In this document: positions 38,858 through 48,293 of the stretch, piece after piece
Layout: each line of letters begins with the position of its first letter
How positions within the stretch are numbered: position 1 is the stretch's first letter
Source of the DNA: an uncultured Gammaproteobacteria bacterium
GTDB lineage: Bacteria; Patescibacteriota; Microgenomatia; Woykebacterales; RBG-16-39-9b
Length of the DNA stretch: 64,000 nucleotides
Assembly: GCA_964360785.1 (NCBI GenBank)
Contig: CAYHXX010000002.1
Location: 28,107 to 92,106 of the forward strand
Reading direction: 5' to 3'
The notes under the pieces: generated by a model
The model's database searches: none
What the model saw: the letters and a program-made list of their open reading frames with translations, nothing else
What the model was told of the DNA's origin: nothing
Made by a program: the position numbers and the translations under genes

Positions 38858-38879
38858 AAAAAAACTCCATCCAATGGAG
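38858..38879 (-). terminator. intrinsic terminator downstream of the small zinc-ribbon gene (CTCCAT-TGG-ATGGAG plus TTTTTTT on the minus strand)
   Basis: Hairpin followed by a 7-T run on the minus strand. A second upstream hairpin GGGAGACAG...CTGTCTCCC at 38903-38941. Confidence 0.5.
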
Positions 38880-39039
38880 TTAATTACTTTAAAGATATAG
38901 GTGGGAGACAGTTAGCGCGAGGCTAAACCGATCTGTCTCCCCTGGCGTCCTTCCTGTCTCGGTAAACAGGCACATGAGCTTACGTCATGACAAATCTCCT
39001 GGCCACAGTCTTGTGGCTAACCGCTCACCGTGATGGAAG

Positions 39040-39443
39040 CTACTTGCGCTTCCCCCCGTGAGCCATCTCCTGGTCGTGGCTGCGGCGTTCGGATTGCCGG
39101 GCACGCCATCGCTCCTTCTTGGCCATCTTCCGCACCTTGCGGTTGGCGGCCTCGATGCGGTCGCTGCTGGACTGCTCCGACAGTTCCACGATGAGCTCCT
39201 GGGCCCTGACGAACTTGCCGTTCGTCTTGGCTGTGACCGCCGCGAAGAAGAGTTTCTTCGCCACCGATCCGAGCTCACGCGGGTTGAACCGCCTGAGACT
39301 GCTCTCGACCTGAGAACAGAGGCTCCGGCAACGGCGGCACGTGCTCACGTTGCGGTCCTCGGCCTCGAGGTCTACAACGAACCCCGTATCGCACGAGCGG
39401 CACAGAGTTTCCACTTCAGCCTTGCCGAAAATCGTAACCATTT
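39040..39443 (-). CDS. G+C-rich small zinc-ribbon protein with basic C-terminal tail (about 133 aa; start at MVTIFGKAEV)
   Basis: CRSCD...CRRCRSLC zinc-ribbon-like spacing. Lys/Arg-rich C-terminus (RKVRKMAKKERWRARQSERR). GC-rich third codon positions. Confidence 0.45.
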
Positions 39444-39644
39444 CGTGTCCCCTTTCACAGGAACAACTCACACTTTAGGACGGGGTGAGTAACCGCTTTG
39501 GCTTGAAGCCAAAAAGCCATTCCAAAGGAAACCTTTGGAACAGCTTTATAGCCTCAACTTACCTTCACAAATTTGGCTCTTAAGTTTCGGGGAAGTTTGT
39601 ATTCACCTCCTTTTGATAGATATCCCGTAATTTCTTACGAGCCA

Positions 39645-39709
39645 AGTTTGAAAAGATAAAGGTTTAGGGCGGGTGGGAGGATACTTTGCATTGCTTTCTC
39701 CTCCCACCC
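39645..39709 (-). terminator. intrinsic terminator (11-bp stem GGGTGGGAGGA/TCCTCCCACCC) downstream of the 50-aa ORF on the minus strand
   Basis: Long GC stem at 39671-39709 followed on the minus strand by a T-rich tract. Confidence 0.4.
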
Positions 39710-39745
39710 ATGTGCCCCGCATGTTGTCGTCGCCGGCGTACCTGG

Positions 39746-39898
39746 TTAGCGCTTCTGAGCGGCCAGGGCCCGACAGGTCTGGGTGATCGCGTCGCCGTTG
39801 CCGTACACCCGTGTGGCAACACCACCCGGGAGAACGATCATGCGCGACGGGCCGGTGTTGAAGCTCTTGTATGATACCTTCTGACCAGAACGTGACAT
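39746..39898 (-). CDS. G+C-rich small ORF (about 50 aa, MSRSGQKVSYKSFNTGPSRMIVLPGGVATRVYGNGDAITQTCRALAAQKR); below the ORF-track length cutoff
   Basis: Consensus SD: AGGAGG lies about 8 nt upstream of the ATG. Followed by a terminator. No family recognised. Confidence 0.3.
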   Translation of the reverse strand: MSRSGQKVSYKSFNTGPSRMIVLPGGVATRVYGNGDAITQTCRALAAQKR

Positions 39899-40088
39899 GT
39901 TGGCGGGACCTCCTGTAAAAGCTGAGTCACCTCATTTTGGTGTCTCAAACCTCACTACTAGATAGGGAGATTTCAGATACCAAGACCTCTCTCAAAAAGC
40001 CTGATGCACCACTCAATCTTGATAAAAAGTATAGCACACTTTAGTCCTTTTGTCAAGTACTATGGGTTGTTCTCTGGGTTAGTGGTGA

Positions 40089-43010
40089 TTATTTTTTAGT
40101 TAGGGAAAACGGGCATATAGAATTGTAAGGGCAATAGTTACAGGCAGGTAAGCGGCCGAAGTATTTCGGGTTAGCAGGAAAATTATCGTTTTGTAAATTC
40201 TCTTGAATGTTTTGGGCAACGGTGATAACTTCTTCCTCAGTTTTTTTGATCTCTTCGAGTTTTGGCTGGTAACCGCCTTCAAAACCACTTTCCAGGTCGG
40301 AAATACCAACAAACTCGGGGACAATCCCATAGTTTTTGTAGTAAGCGAGTGTATAAATTTTCAGTTGGACGCTGTCTTTGGCATTTTTTTCTAGCTCTTC
40401 AGCTGTGCGATTTTCTGTGGATTTATAATCAATGATCCTTACTTTTTTGTTTTTTTTATCCTCATCAACTCGATCAAATCTTCCTTTAACCAAAACTTCC
40501 ACACCAGAGATTTTTAACCCGAAACGAAACTCTTTCTCAATATAAGTTGGGAGAATCTTGGAACCTTTCTCGCGCTGCCAAAAAGATTTGAGGACTGCTT
40601 TGGCTTGGATCAACCTTCTTTCCTCGTGTTCAGCGGTGAGGAAACCTTCGTTTATCCAAGTGTTTTCCAAAACTTCGGTGATCTGCGATAGTTTTGGAGT
40701 TTTACCAGCCATTTTACTTTGCCAAAAATCTGCCACGGCGGCGTGCAAGGCAAAACCATAAACAATGGTGTGGTGACGAAGTATCGGTAGGCGCAATATG
40801 TGCGCATAGCGGTATTTGTAGGCACAAGTTTCATAATCATCAATCGAAGATTGGGAAAGAGAAATAATTTTTTTGATACGTATCGGACTTTTGGTTTTTT
40901 CTTTTGCGAAATTGAATTGTTCGATTTTTTCCAGAGCACTCTTTTTTACAGTAACTTGAGTCGCTACGGGTTTATCAAGTGCTTCGAGAACAAAGGGAGA
41001 AACTTTCTTGAGTCTTTTGCCTCCAGCATCTTTGTGCCAAGTGTAGTAAAGCTTGTCCTTGGCCCGGGTACTACCAACATAAAACAACCGCCGCTCCTCC
41101 TGTATATGAAAATCCCCTTCCGGCAGCTCTTCTTTGATCAGCTGCTCGGGGAGCGGGATACTCTCGCCCCTTTCTCTCGAAGGGAAACGGTCTGCCGTCA
41201 AACTGACCATAAAGACAGTGGCGAATTCTAAGCCTTTGGCTGCGTGCACCGTCAGTACGGAAACTGCGTCAAGATCGGGGTCAAAATCAGCGGCGGCCGG
41301 GTCGTCCCCAACTTGCTGCATCGTGATAAGGAAATCGACAAACACTTGCACCGACTCGTTGCGAGCGAGATCAATAAACTCCCGGATCTTGTCAAAAAAC
41401 TTAGCTATGTTTTGGATTTTTAGCTGCGCCTCAACGGTATTTTCCCGTTCCAACTTTTTTAGATATTCGGTCTTTTCCAAAAATTTATAAAGTACTCGTC
41501 CCACATTTTCTTTGCGAGAAAGCGAAAGCAGCTCTTCTTGATCGTTGATTATGTTTTCCACGATCGCACGGCCTTCCGGACTTACTTCAACTTCATCTAG
41601 GACACCTAGATTTTGAAAAACGTAATGCAGATTTTTGTTGCGACGTCGGGCTAAGTCCATACAAGCAATGCAGTCAGGCAGAGGGAGTTGGTAGATTTCT
41701 GAAGTTGCCAAATCGTAAAGACTAAGGCTGTCATCAAAATTTGACAGGCTTTTCAAAAAAGAGATTAATAAACTGATTTCTGGCTGGTTGTACAATCCAG
41801 AGACACCGGAAAATTTAAACGGGATTCCTTTGATATTTAGCGATCTCAAGAAAGGCTCTGCCTGAGAATTTGCTCTCACCAGTATCGCTATGTTCTTAAA
41901 ACTATTAGTTTTGTTTTTTGTAAGTTTTTCTATTTGCCCGGCTACAAAATCAGCTTCCTGGGAAAGAGTTTCAAAAGAAACTTCCTTTGGAGACTCTCCT
42001 GGGGATTCACGAGTCGAAACTAATTTCTTATTAATTTTATTGCGCACTTCTAGCCGATCTGGGTCATTAAAGCGGATCAACCGATAGCTCCTGTCAAGTA
42101 AGTTTTGGTTTGAACGATAATTTTTGGTCAGGACAATTTGCGCTGCTTTTTTGTAGTCAATCTTGAATTTCAAAATATTGGAAATTGCTGCCCCCCGAAA
42201 CTTGTAAATACTTTGATCATCATCTCCCACCACACAAATATTTTTATGAGAGTTGGCCAGCAATTTTACTAGCTCATTCTGGGCATAATTTGTGTCTTGG
42301 TACTCATCGACCAGAATATATTTAAACTTGTTTTGATACTCCTTCAAGATTTGTGGCTGATCTCTGAAAAGTTTTAGAGTGAGATAAACTTGATCGCCAT
42401 AGTCCACTTTTCCGGCGGAGAGCTTGAGGTCCTCATATTTGGTGTAAAAGGAAGCTAGTTCGAACTGTTTCTCGTATTCTTCTTTATCTTGAGATTTCTT
42501 CAGGCCTTTAGCAACTTCCAAGTAATCTTCGGGACTGACATCCTCATCTTTACAACGGCTGATGAGGGCGAGAATACCTTCAATAAACTTTGTTGGATTC
42601 GACAGGGGTCGGTAATGTCTCAGGTCGAAAGCAAAAAGGTTTTGCTGAACAAAAAGAATCTGTTGGGGTTTAGTCAAAACTTGAAAATCCGTCGGCATAC
42701 CCAAATCTAGCGCTTCTTCTCTCAAGATTCGATCTCCAAAAGCATGGAAGGTTGAGATCCAAGTATCAACATAGCCATAGGGAACAAGGATATCGACCCG
42801 TTCTTCCATCTCCGCAGCTGCCTTCTCAGTGAAAGTTAGTGCCAGAATTTCTGAAGGTTTTGCTAGTTTTTTCTCAATGATATAAGCAATTCGTCGACTG
42901 ATAACGGTAGTCTTACCAGTCCCGGCTCCAGCAATTATCAACAAGGGTCCAGCTGTATTGGAAACTGCTTTTGCTTGATCTGGGTTCAGTCCTTTTAAAA
43001 TTTCGCTCAT
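40089..43010 (-). CDS. AddA-like helicase-nuclease: UvrD-family helicase fused to a C-terminal PD-(D/E)xK (RecB/Cas4-like) nuclease with a Cys cluster
   Basis: GAGTGKTTV, DEYQDTN, VGDDDQSIYKFRGA, TVHAAKGLEF. C-terminus has GRFDRVD...IIDYKS and CNYCPYNSIC. Confidence 0.8.
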   Translation of the reverse strand: MSEILKGLNPDQAKAVSNTAGPLLIIAGAGTGKTTVISRRIAYIIEKKLAKPSEILALTFTEKAAAEMEERVDILVPYGYVDTWISTFHAFGDRILREEALDLGMPTDFQVLTKPQQILFVQQNLFAFDLRHYRPLSNPTKFIEGILALISRCKDEDVSPEDYLEVAKGLKKSQDKEEYEKQFELASFYTKYEDLKLSAGKVDYGDQVYLTLKLFRDQPQILKEYQNKFKYILVDEYQDTNYAQNELVKLLANSHKNICVVGDDDQSIYKFRGAAISNILKFKIDYKKAAQIVLTKNYRSNQNLLDRSYRLIRFNDPDRLEVRNKINKKLVSTRESPGESPKEVSFETLSQEADFVAGQIEKLTKNKTNSFKNIAILVRANSQAEPFLRSLNIKGIPFKFSGVSGLYNQPEISLLISFLKSLSNFDDSLSLYDLATSEIYQLPLPDCIACMDLARRRNKNLHYVFQNLGVLDEVEVSPEGRAIVENIINDQEELLSLSRKENVGRVLYKFLEKTEYLKKLERENTVEAQLKIQNIAKFFDKIREFIDLARNESVQVFVDFLITMQQVGDDPAAADFDPDLDAVSVLTVHAAKGLEFATVFMVSLTADRFPSRERGESIPLPEQLIKEELPEGDFHIQEERRLFYVGSTRAKDKLYYTWHKDAGGKRLKKVSPFVLEALDKPVATQVTVKKSALEKIEQFNFAKEKTKSPIRIKKIISLSQSSIDDYETCAYKYRYAHILRLPILRHHTIVYGFALHAAVADFWQSKMAGKTPKLSQITEVLENTWINEGFLTAEHEERRLIQAKAVLKSFWQREKGSKILPTYIEKEFRFGLKISGVEVLVKGRFDRVDEDKKNKKVRIIDYKSTENRTAEELEKNAKDSVQLKIYTLAYYKNYGIVPEFVGISDLESGFEGGYQPKLEEIKKTEEEVITVAQNIQENLQNDNFPANPKYFGRLPACNYCPYNSICPFSLTKK

Positions 43011-44023
43011 ATTTCTTCTGGGGTGGGTAGGGCTTCTTTGTCTTCCTTCTTCTCAATTGTAGCGATGGTGGAAATTTTGGAATTTAGGCTGCTATAGCGA
43101 TTGTTGACCATATCGGAAGTATTTTTCGTGTCCGTGATATGTTTGGTTAACACTCTTAAACTTTCGCCAAATTTACCAGATTCTGTCTGAATACTACGCA
43201 AGGCCGTCAAAATAGTTTTGGCCCGTTCTTCAATCTTCTTGCCTTCAAAACTCATCAGAATTGTGCGCATATAAGCATAAAAGGTTGCCGGGGAAACTGG
43301 TAGAACTCTTTTCTTGTAAGCGTAATCAGAAAGCTCGGGCAGGTTGGCCATTATCTCGTAATAGACCGATTCGCTCGGGATATACATCAGAGCATAATCA
43401 ATCGTGCCCTCTTCGGGTAAGATGTACTTATTTGCGATATCGTCAATGTGTTTTTTTACATCGCGAACAAACTCTTTCTGTAAACTCAGTTTTTCAGTTT
43501 CCGCTTCAGCTGAATTGAATGCATTGAAACGCTCGAGGGGAAACTTAGAATCAATCACGATCAAACCGCTTTCAGTTTTTATGGCGGCATCAACAATCTC
43601 TCCAGTTTTAAACCGGTACTGCAAATAAAAACTTTCCTTGGGGAGAAAATCTCCCAAAATTTCTTTGAGTATTTGCTCACCTAAATTTCCGCGAAGTTTG
43701 GGAGAACGTAAAAAATCCTGAAGTTGTTTCATGGAACGACCGATTTCGCTCATTTGACCAATCTCTTTTTGAACTCCGGCTATTACCACCGCGGCTTTGT
43801 CTAGTCGTTCCCCCAAAATTTTGCTACTTTCGCTGAGTTGTTTTTGGGTAACTTCAGAATTTTTATCAACAGAGGCTTGCATACCCTTCAACCACTCTGT
43901 TAGAACTCTGAGACTTTCTTCGCTGCTTTTATTTTGGTTTGATTTTTCGATAACTTTGTAGAGAAAGAAAAAACCAACAATTATTATTATCCCGATAGCA
44001 ATAAGAAGTGTTTGTGTATCCAT
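43007..44023 (-). CDS. rmuC: DNA recombination protein RmuC
   Basis: N-terminal TM plus coiled coil. VIDSKFPLE, ALMYIPSESVYYE, VLPVSPATFYAYMRTI match the RmuC domain. Confidence 0.7.
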   Translation of the reverse strand: MDTQTLLIAIGIIIIVGFFFLYKVIEKSNQNKSSEESLRVLTEWLKGMQASVDKNSEVTQKQLSESSKILGERLDKAAVVIAGVQKEIGQMSEIGRSMKQLQDFLRSPKLRGNLGEQILKEILGDFLPKESFYLQYRFKTGEIVDAAIKTESGLIVIDSKFPLERFNAFNSAEAETEKLSLQKEFVRDVKKHIDDIANKYILPEEGTIDYALMYIPSESVYYEIMANLPELSDYAYKKRVLPVSPATFYAYMRTILMSFEGKKIEERAKTILTALRSIQTESGKFGESLRVLTKHITDTKNTSDMVNNRYSSLNSKISTIATIEKKEDKEALPTPEEI

Positions 44024-44124
44024 TTGTTTTTTCTAGATCTTGTAATGATCTGCGGATAGATTGCCATCTTAGCAAAGGCTATCCTAGTTGTAAACCAAAA
44101 GTAGCTACTTTAAACTTGATGTAG

Positions 44125-44526
44125 ATGTTTCTCTATATCTTGCCCACCATCCTACTCACCGCTATCTCCGTGGCTGTCTTTATTTTCACTTCTCTCTATA
44201 CCAACCCAAAGGATAGCGCTGGAAACTTAATTGTGATCAATCTTGTGTATTTTCTCCTGTCTGGTTTCGGTAGCCTTGCTGGCTTCCTGACCTTGGTGCT
44301 ATACTGGCTTTCGAATTTCAGATCCGAACAGAGTAGATCTCTCTCTGTCGAAGCGCTTCACAAACCAAAAATAAGGTTTAGGAAAAGTCTTCGTCACGGT
44401 CTCTTGGTATCACTGAGTGTTGTCGGAATCGGATTACTTAATAGCTTGGGCTTTGCCAATCCAGTGAATATTATTCTTCTGATTTCAGCAGCTATTCTGA
44501 TAGAGGTGTATTTTTTCGGGCACTAA
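44125..44526 (+). CDS. small membrane protein (133 aa, 4 TM)
   Basis: Hydrophobic helices only. Confidence 0.4.
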   Translation: MFLYILPTILLTAISVAVFIFTSLYTNPKDSAGNLIVINLVYFLLSGFGSLAGFLTLVLYWLSNFRSEQSRSLSVEALHKPKIRFRKSLRHGLLVSLSVVGIGLLNSLGFANPVNIILLISAAILIEVYFFGH

Positions 44527-44532
44527 ATACTT

Positions 44533-45933
44533 ATGGAAAAGAAAAAGTTTTTTGTTACAACACCAATATACTATATCAACGATGTCCCCCACATCGGGCA
44601 TGCCTATGCCACAATTGCGGCTGATATTCTCGCTCGTTACTATCGCGCACTTGGGACCGAAACTTTTTTCCTGGCTGGTCTTGATGAGAACTCTCAAAAA
44701 ACCGTACTTGCAGCGGAGAAATCTGGAAAGGATATTGTTTCTTACACAAACGACCTGGCAATAACTTGGCAAAACACCTGGAAAAGTTTGGAGATATCCA
44801 ATGATGATTTTATCCGTACAACTGAAGGTAGGCACAAGAAGTTAGTTTTAGAATTTTTCAAAAAAGTTGAGTCTTCCGGAGACATCTACAAAGGTCATTA
44901 CGAGGGGCTTTATTGTGTTGGGCATGAAGCGTTTTTGAAAGAAGGGGATTTGGATGAAAACGGTTTGTGTCCAGATCACAAAAGCAAACCTGAGACTTTA
45001 GTCGAAGCAAACTATTTTTTCAAGCTCTCCAAATATCAAGATCAGCTACTTTCTTTTTACAAAGCCAACCCAGGTTTTGTCGAACCAAAAGAGCGTTTTC
45101 ATGAGGTAATAAATTTTGTTGAGAGCGGTCTTCAGGATATCTCGGTAACCAGAGAAAGCCAGAAATGGGGAATACCTGCTCCCATCGATAATAAACAAGT
45201 GATTTATGTTTGGTTTGACGCTCTGATCAACTATATTTCTGCCAACCCAAGTAAGTGGCCGGCAGATCTCCACATTATCGGCAAGGATATTTTGCGCTTT
45301 CACGCTGTAATTTGGCCAGCAATGCTCCTGTCCGCTGGATATCCCCTACCCAAGAAAATCTTTGCTCATGGCTTCTTCACCGTCGATGGACAAAAGATCA
45401 GCAAATCGCTGGCAAACAGCATCGACCCGATCAAGTTGGTCGAGGAGTACGGCAACGACGCCTTGCGCTACTTCTTATTTCACGAATTTCCTTTTGGCAA
45501 TGATGGCGATTTTTCTTTTGAGCGCTTGCGCGAAGTTTATAACTCTGATCTAGCAAACGGTCTTGGCAACCTTATTTCCCGCATAGCAAAACTCGCGGAA
45601 AGTTTAGAACTTAGTGGTGCCTCTTTGCACAAGAACCCGTTACTTGATTCTAGCTTTCGTATCCATATTGAAAAACTAGAATTTCTCGAAGGCTTAAACT
45701 ATATTTGGGGAAAAATCAGAAAAATCGATAAGAGTATTGAGACGTCAAAACCTTGGGAGGCTCTTGAGACTGATCGGCCCAAAGCTAGCAGTATTGTTGA
45801 GAACTTGATAAGACAAGTAATCGAAATACAAGAACTCCTGATTCCTTTTTTACCCGAAACAGCAGAAACAATCGCCAAGCAATTCTCAGCCGAGAAAATT
45901 AAATCAGAAGCGCCGCTTTTCCCGCGTAAGTAA
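44533..45933 (+). CDS. metG: methionyl-tRNA synthetase (short form without C-terminal tRNA-binding domain)
   Basis: PIYYINDVPHIGHAY (HIGH) and KISKSL (KMSKS). Confidence 0.85.
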   Translation: MEKKKFFVTTPIYYINDVPHIGHAYATIAADILARYYRALGTETFFLAGLDENSQKTVLAAEKSGKDIVSYTNDLAITWQNTWKSLEISNDDFIRTTEGRHKKLVLEFFKKVESSGDIYKGHYEGLYCVGHEAFLKEGDLDENGLCPDHKSKPETLVEANYFFKLSKYQDQLLSFYKANPGFVEPKERFHEVINFVESGLQDISVTRESQKWGIPAPIDNKQVIYVWFDALINYISANPSKWPADLHIIGKDILRFHAVIWPAMLLSAGYPLPKKIFAHGFFTVDGQKISKSLANSIDPIKLVEEYGNDALRYFLFHEFPFGNDGDFSFERLREVYNSDLANGLGNLISRIAKLAESLELSGASLHKNPLLDSSFRIHIEKLEFLEGLNYIWGKIRKIDKSIETSKPWEALETDRPKASSIVENLIRQVIEIQELLIPFLPETAETIAKQFSAEKIKSEAPLFPRK

Positions 45934-45935
45934 TT

Positions 45936-46706
45936 ATGGAACTAATCGACACCCACGCCCATCTTCAATTTGAGAATTTCGCAGACGACAGAGAAGAAGT
46001 CATCTCCAGAAACTCCTCACAATTAAAGGCAGTAATAAATCCTGGAGCAGACCTGGATTCATCAGAAAATGCCGTCGTGCTTTCTCAAAAAGTAGCCAAT
46101 TTCTACGCTGCTGTTGGGGTACACCCACACCACGTCGATCATTGGACCGAAGATTACTTGCCCAAATTGGAAATAATGGTTAAAAACGACAAAGTTGTTG
46201 CAGTTGGAGAAATTGGACTAGATAACCACGTTTATGAAGGTTATCCACAACCTGATTTGGAAAAGCAAAAAGGAATACTGCTACCCCAGATAGAGCTAGC
46301 TCGAACTTACAAAAAACCTATTCTTTTTCATTGCCGAAACGCCTATGATGAACTTTACGACACCATTAAAAGCTACCATCCAATTTCTGGTTTAGTACAC
46401 TGTTTTATGGGGGACAAAGAACTTGCAAAGAAGTTCGTGGATTTGGGACTTTTAATCTCGTTTGCTGGAAATATTACTTACAAAAATAATGGCCATATGC
46501 GAGAAGCAGCTGCAAGTCTTTCCCTTGATCAGATTTTACTAGAAACTGACTCTCCCTACCTCACACCAGAACCTCTCCGCGGACAGAGAAACGAACCTAT
46601 CAATGTATCACTAGTTGCTGAAACTATTGCCCAAGTTCGGGAAATTGCAGTAGAGGAAGTAGCCAAGAGAACAACAAAAAACACTGAAAGGCTCTTCAAA
46701 CTATGA
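45936..46706 (+). CDS. tatD: TatD-family metal-dependent hydrolase/DNase
   Basis: IDTHAHL, GEIGLD, HCR, DSPY motifs. Confidence 0.8.
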   Translation: MELIDTHAHLQFENFADDREEVISRNSSQLKAVINPGADLDSSENAVVLSQKVANFYAAVGVHPHHVDHWTEDYLPKLEIMVKNDKVVAVGEIGLDNHVYEGYPQPDLEKQKGILLPQIELARTYKKPILFHCRNAYDELYDTIKSYHPISGLVHCFMGDKELAKKFVDLGLLISFAGNITYKNNGHMREAAASLSLDQILLETDSPYLTPEPLRGQRNEPINVSLVAETIAQVREIAVEEVAKRTTKNTERLFKL

Positions 46707-48178
46707 GTAAACTTTCGAACAGCTTTCTTGAAAAACTAACTCCAATTTTTTCTCTTGTTCTTTTGACCTCCCCGTTTTGGCTCTCTTTTTTCTTACCAAA
46801 ACTAACGGTCTATTTGATCTTTATTTTTGACCTTTATTTTGTTTACCGCGGTGCCTCTCTCGGTATCAATTCTGTTCGTTCCTACCTCAAGATTAGAAAA
46901 TCTGTCAAAACTGATTGGCTTGAAAAGTGTCGGCAAGAAAACCTTGATTATCAGAAAATGCACCACGTTGTGTTTATACCAACGTATAAGGAACCAGTTC
47001 TGATATTGGAAAGAACTCTTAGTTTTTTATCTGAACAAGAGTTTCCCACCAAAAATATTTTAGTAGTCCTTGCCGGGGAGGCACGTGAAGAGGATTTTCT
47101 GGTGAAAGCTGGTGACCTCAAAGAAAAGTTCAAGGAAAAATTTTTAGATATCTTGATCACTAAACACACCTTGCTGGAGGGTGAAGTAGCTGGTAAAAGC
47201 TCAAATCAAAATTTTGCCTCACAAACTGTAAACGCTTACTTGGCTGAAAAAAACATCGATAAAGACCACCTAACTTTTACCTCGTGTGATGCAGATGTTG
47301 CCATGCACCCAAAATATTTTTCTAACGTATCCTATCTTTTTCTGAGAAACCCAAACCGCTATCTGCGTTTTTGGCAGGGGGCACTACTTTTCTACAACAA
47401 CATTTGGCGTGTACCCATCCCAATTCGCGTAGTTCACACCCTTTACTCAATATCGGGTGTAGCTGAGTTGATGCGGCCACAAACTGCCTTTATTTATTCC
47501 ACCTATACCGGGAGCTGGCGACTACTTGAAAAAACTGGGTTCTGGGATCCTGATGTTATCTCTGAGGATTGGCATTTATTTTTTAAGGCCTTCTTTGCAA
47601 CCAACGGTCATGTGGAGCTGGAACCGGTTTTCCTACCGCTTTCGGCCGATGCGGTTGAAGGCAGAAATCTTCGAGAGTCCCTGGCTGCCCAATATCAGCA
47701 AAATCGTCGTTGGGCATGGGGAGTTGTTGATGTTGCTTATGCCATTAAGCAGTTTAGAATTCACAAGGGAAGTGTTTCAATCCCAAACTTTATTCTGAGA
47801 TTCTTGCGTGTTTTTGAGCAGCATCTGCTCTGGCCTGTTAATTGGTGGGTAATCACACTAGGTGCAACCTTACCTCCTTTGATAAACGCACAATTAAGAT
47901 TCACAACTCTTGGCTACTACTTACCAAAATTGGCTGGGCTAATCCTAACTATAACCACCGTGTTTATCCTTTTAATAATTGTTGTTGATTTTATGCTCAG
48001 ACCACCACGTCCACAAAATCTTAAAAAGACATTTTTCCTGACCAATATCTTGCAATATTTACTTCTTCCCATTACTGGTTTTTTGTTTGGTTCCCTACCT
48101 GGTATGGATGCTCACACCCGTTTGATATTAGGAAAAAGGCTGGATTATAAAGTGACTGAGAAGTTTGAAGAGAAATAA
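46703..48178 (+). CDS. membrane-embedded processive GT2-family glycosyltransferase (QxxRW type)
   Basis: N-terminal and C-terminal TM helices. Cytoplasmic domain with DAD and QQNRRW (QxxRW). Confidence 0.55.
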   Translation: MSKLSNSFLEKLTPIFSLVLLTSPFWLSFFLPKLTVYLIFIFDLYFVYRGASLGINSVRSYLKIRKSVKTDWLEKCRQENLDYQKMHHVVFIPTYKEPVLILERTLSFLSEQEFPTKNILVVLAGEAREEDFLVKAGDLKEKFKEKFLDILITKHTLLEGEVAGKSSNQNFASQTVNAYLAEKNIDKDHLTFTSCDADVAMHPKYFSNVSYLFLRNPNRYLRFWQGALLFYNNIWRVPIPIRVVHTLYSISGVAELMRPQTAFIYSTYTGSWRLLEKTGFWDPDVISEDWHLFFKAFFATNGHVELEPVFLPLSADAVEGRNLRESLAAQYQQNRRWAWGVVDVAYAIKQFRIHKGSVSIPNFILRFLRVFEQHLLWPVNWWVITLGATLPPLINAQLRFTTLGYYLPKLAGLILTITTVFILLIIVVDFMLRPPRPQNLKKTFFLTNILQYLLLPITGFLFGSLPGMDAHTRLILGKRLDYKVTEKFEEK

Positions 48179-48293
48179 CGGGTAATGTCACTTTGCGTTC
48201 TTCGAACTAAACGTGACTGAGAAGTTTGAAGAAAATTGCATTTTTTAGCTCTTTAGTTTTGGTTGCGGTATAATCTCCCTGCTTAAATTACTT

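Noticed and set aside
38767-38874. ORF-track start of the large island gene at 38874 (MDGVFLCPESHDNCYRIDFYNF...)
   Set aside because: The extension lies in AT-rich DNA that contains the gene's own -35/-10 promoter and an upstream terminator. The internal ATG at 38766 has a consensus SD and marks the GC transition.
39058-39874. Plus-strand ORFs 39058..39492, 39119..39313, 39686..39874 and minus 38985..39278
   Set aside because: Antisense or alternate-frame to the zinc-ribbon gene and the 50-aa ORF. Composition-driven artefacts.
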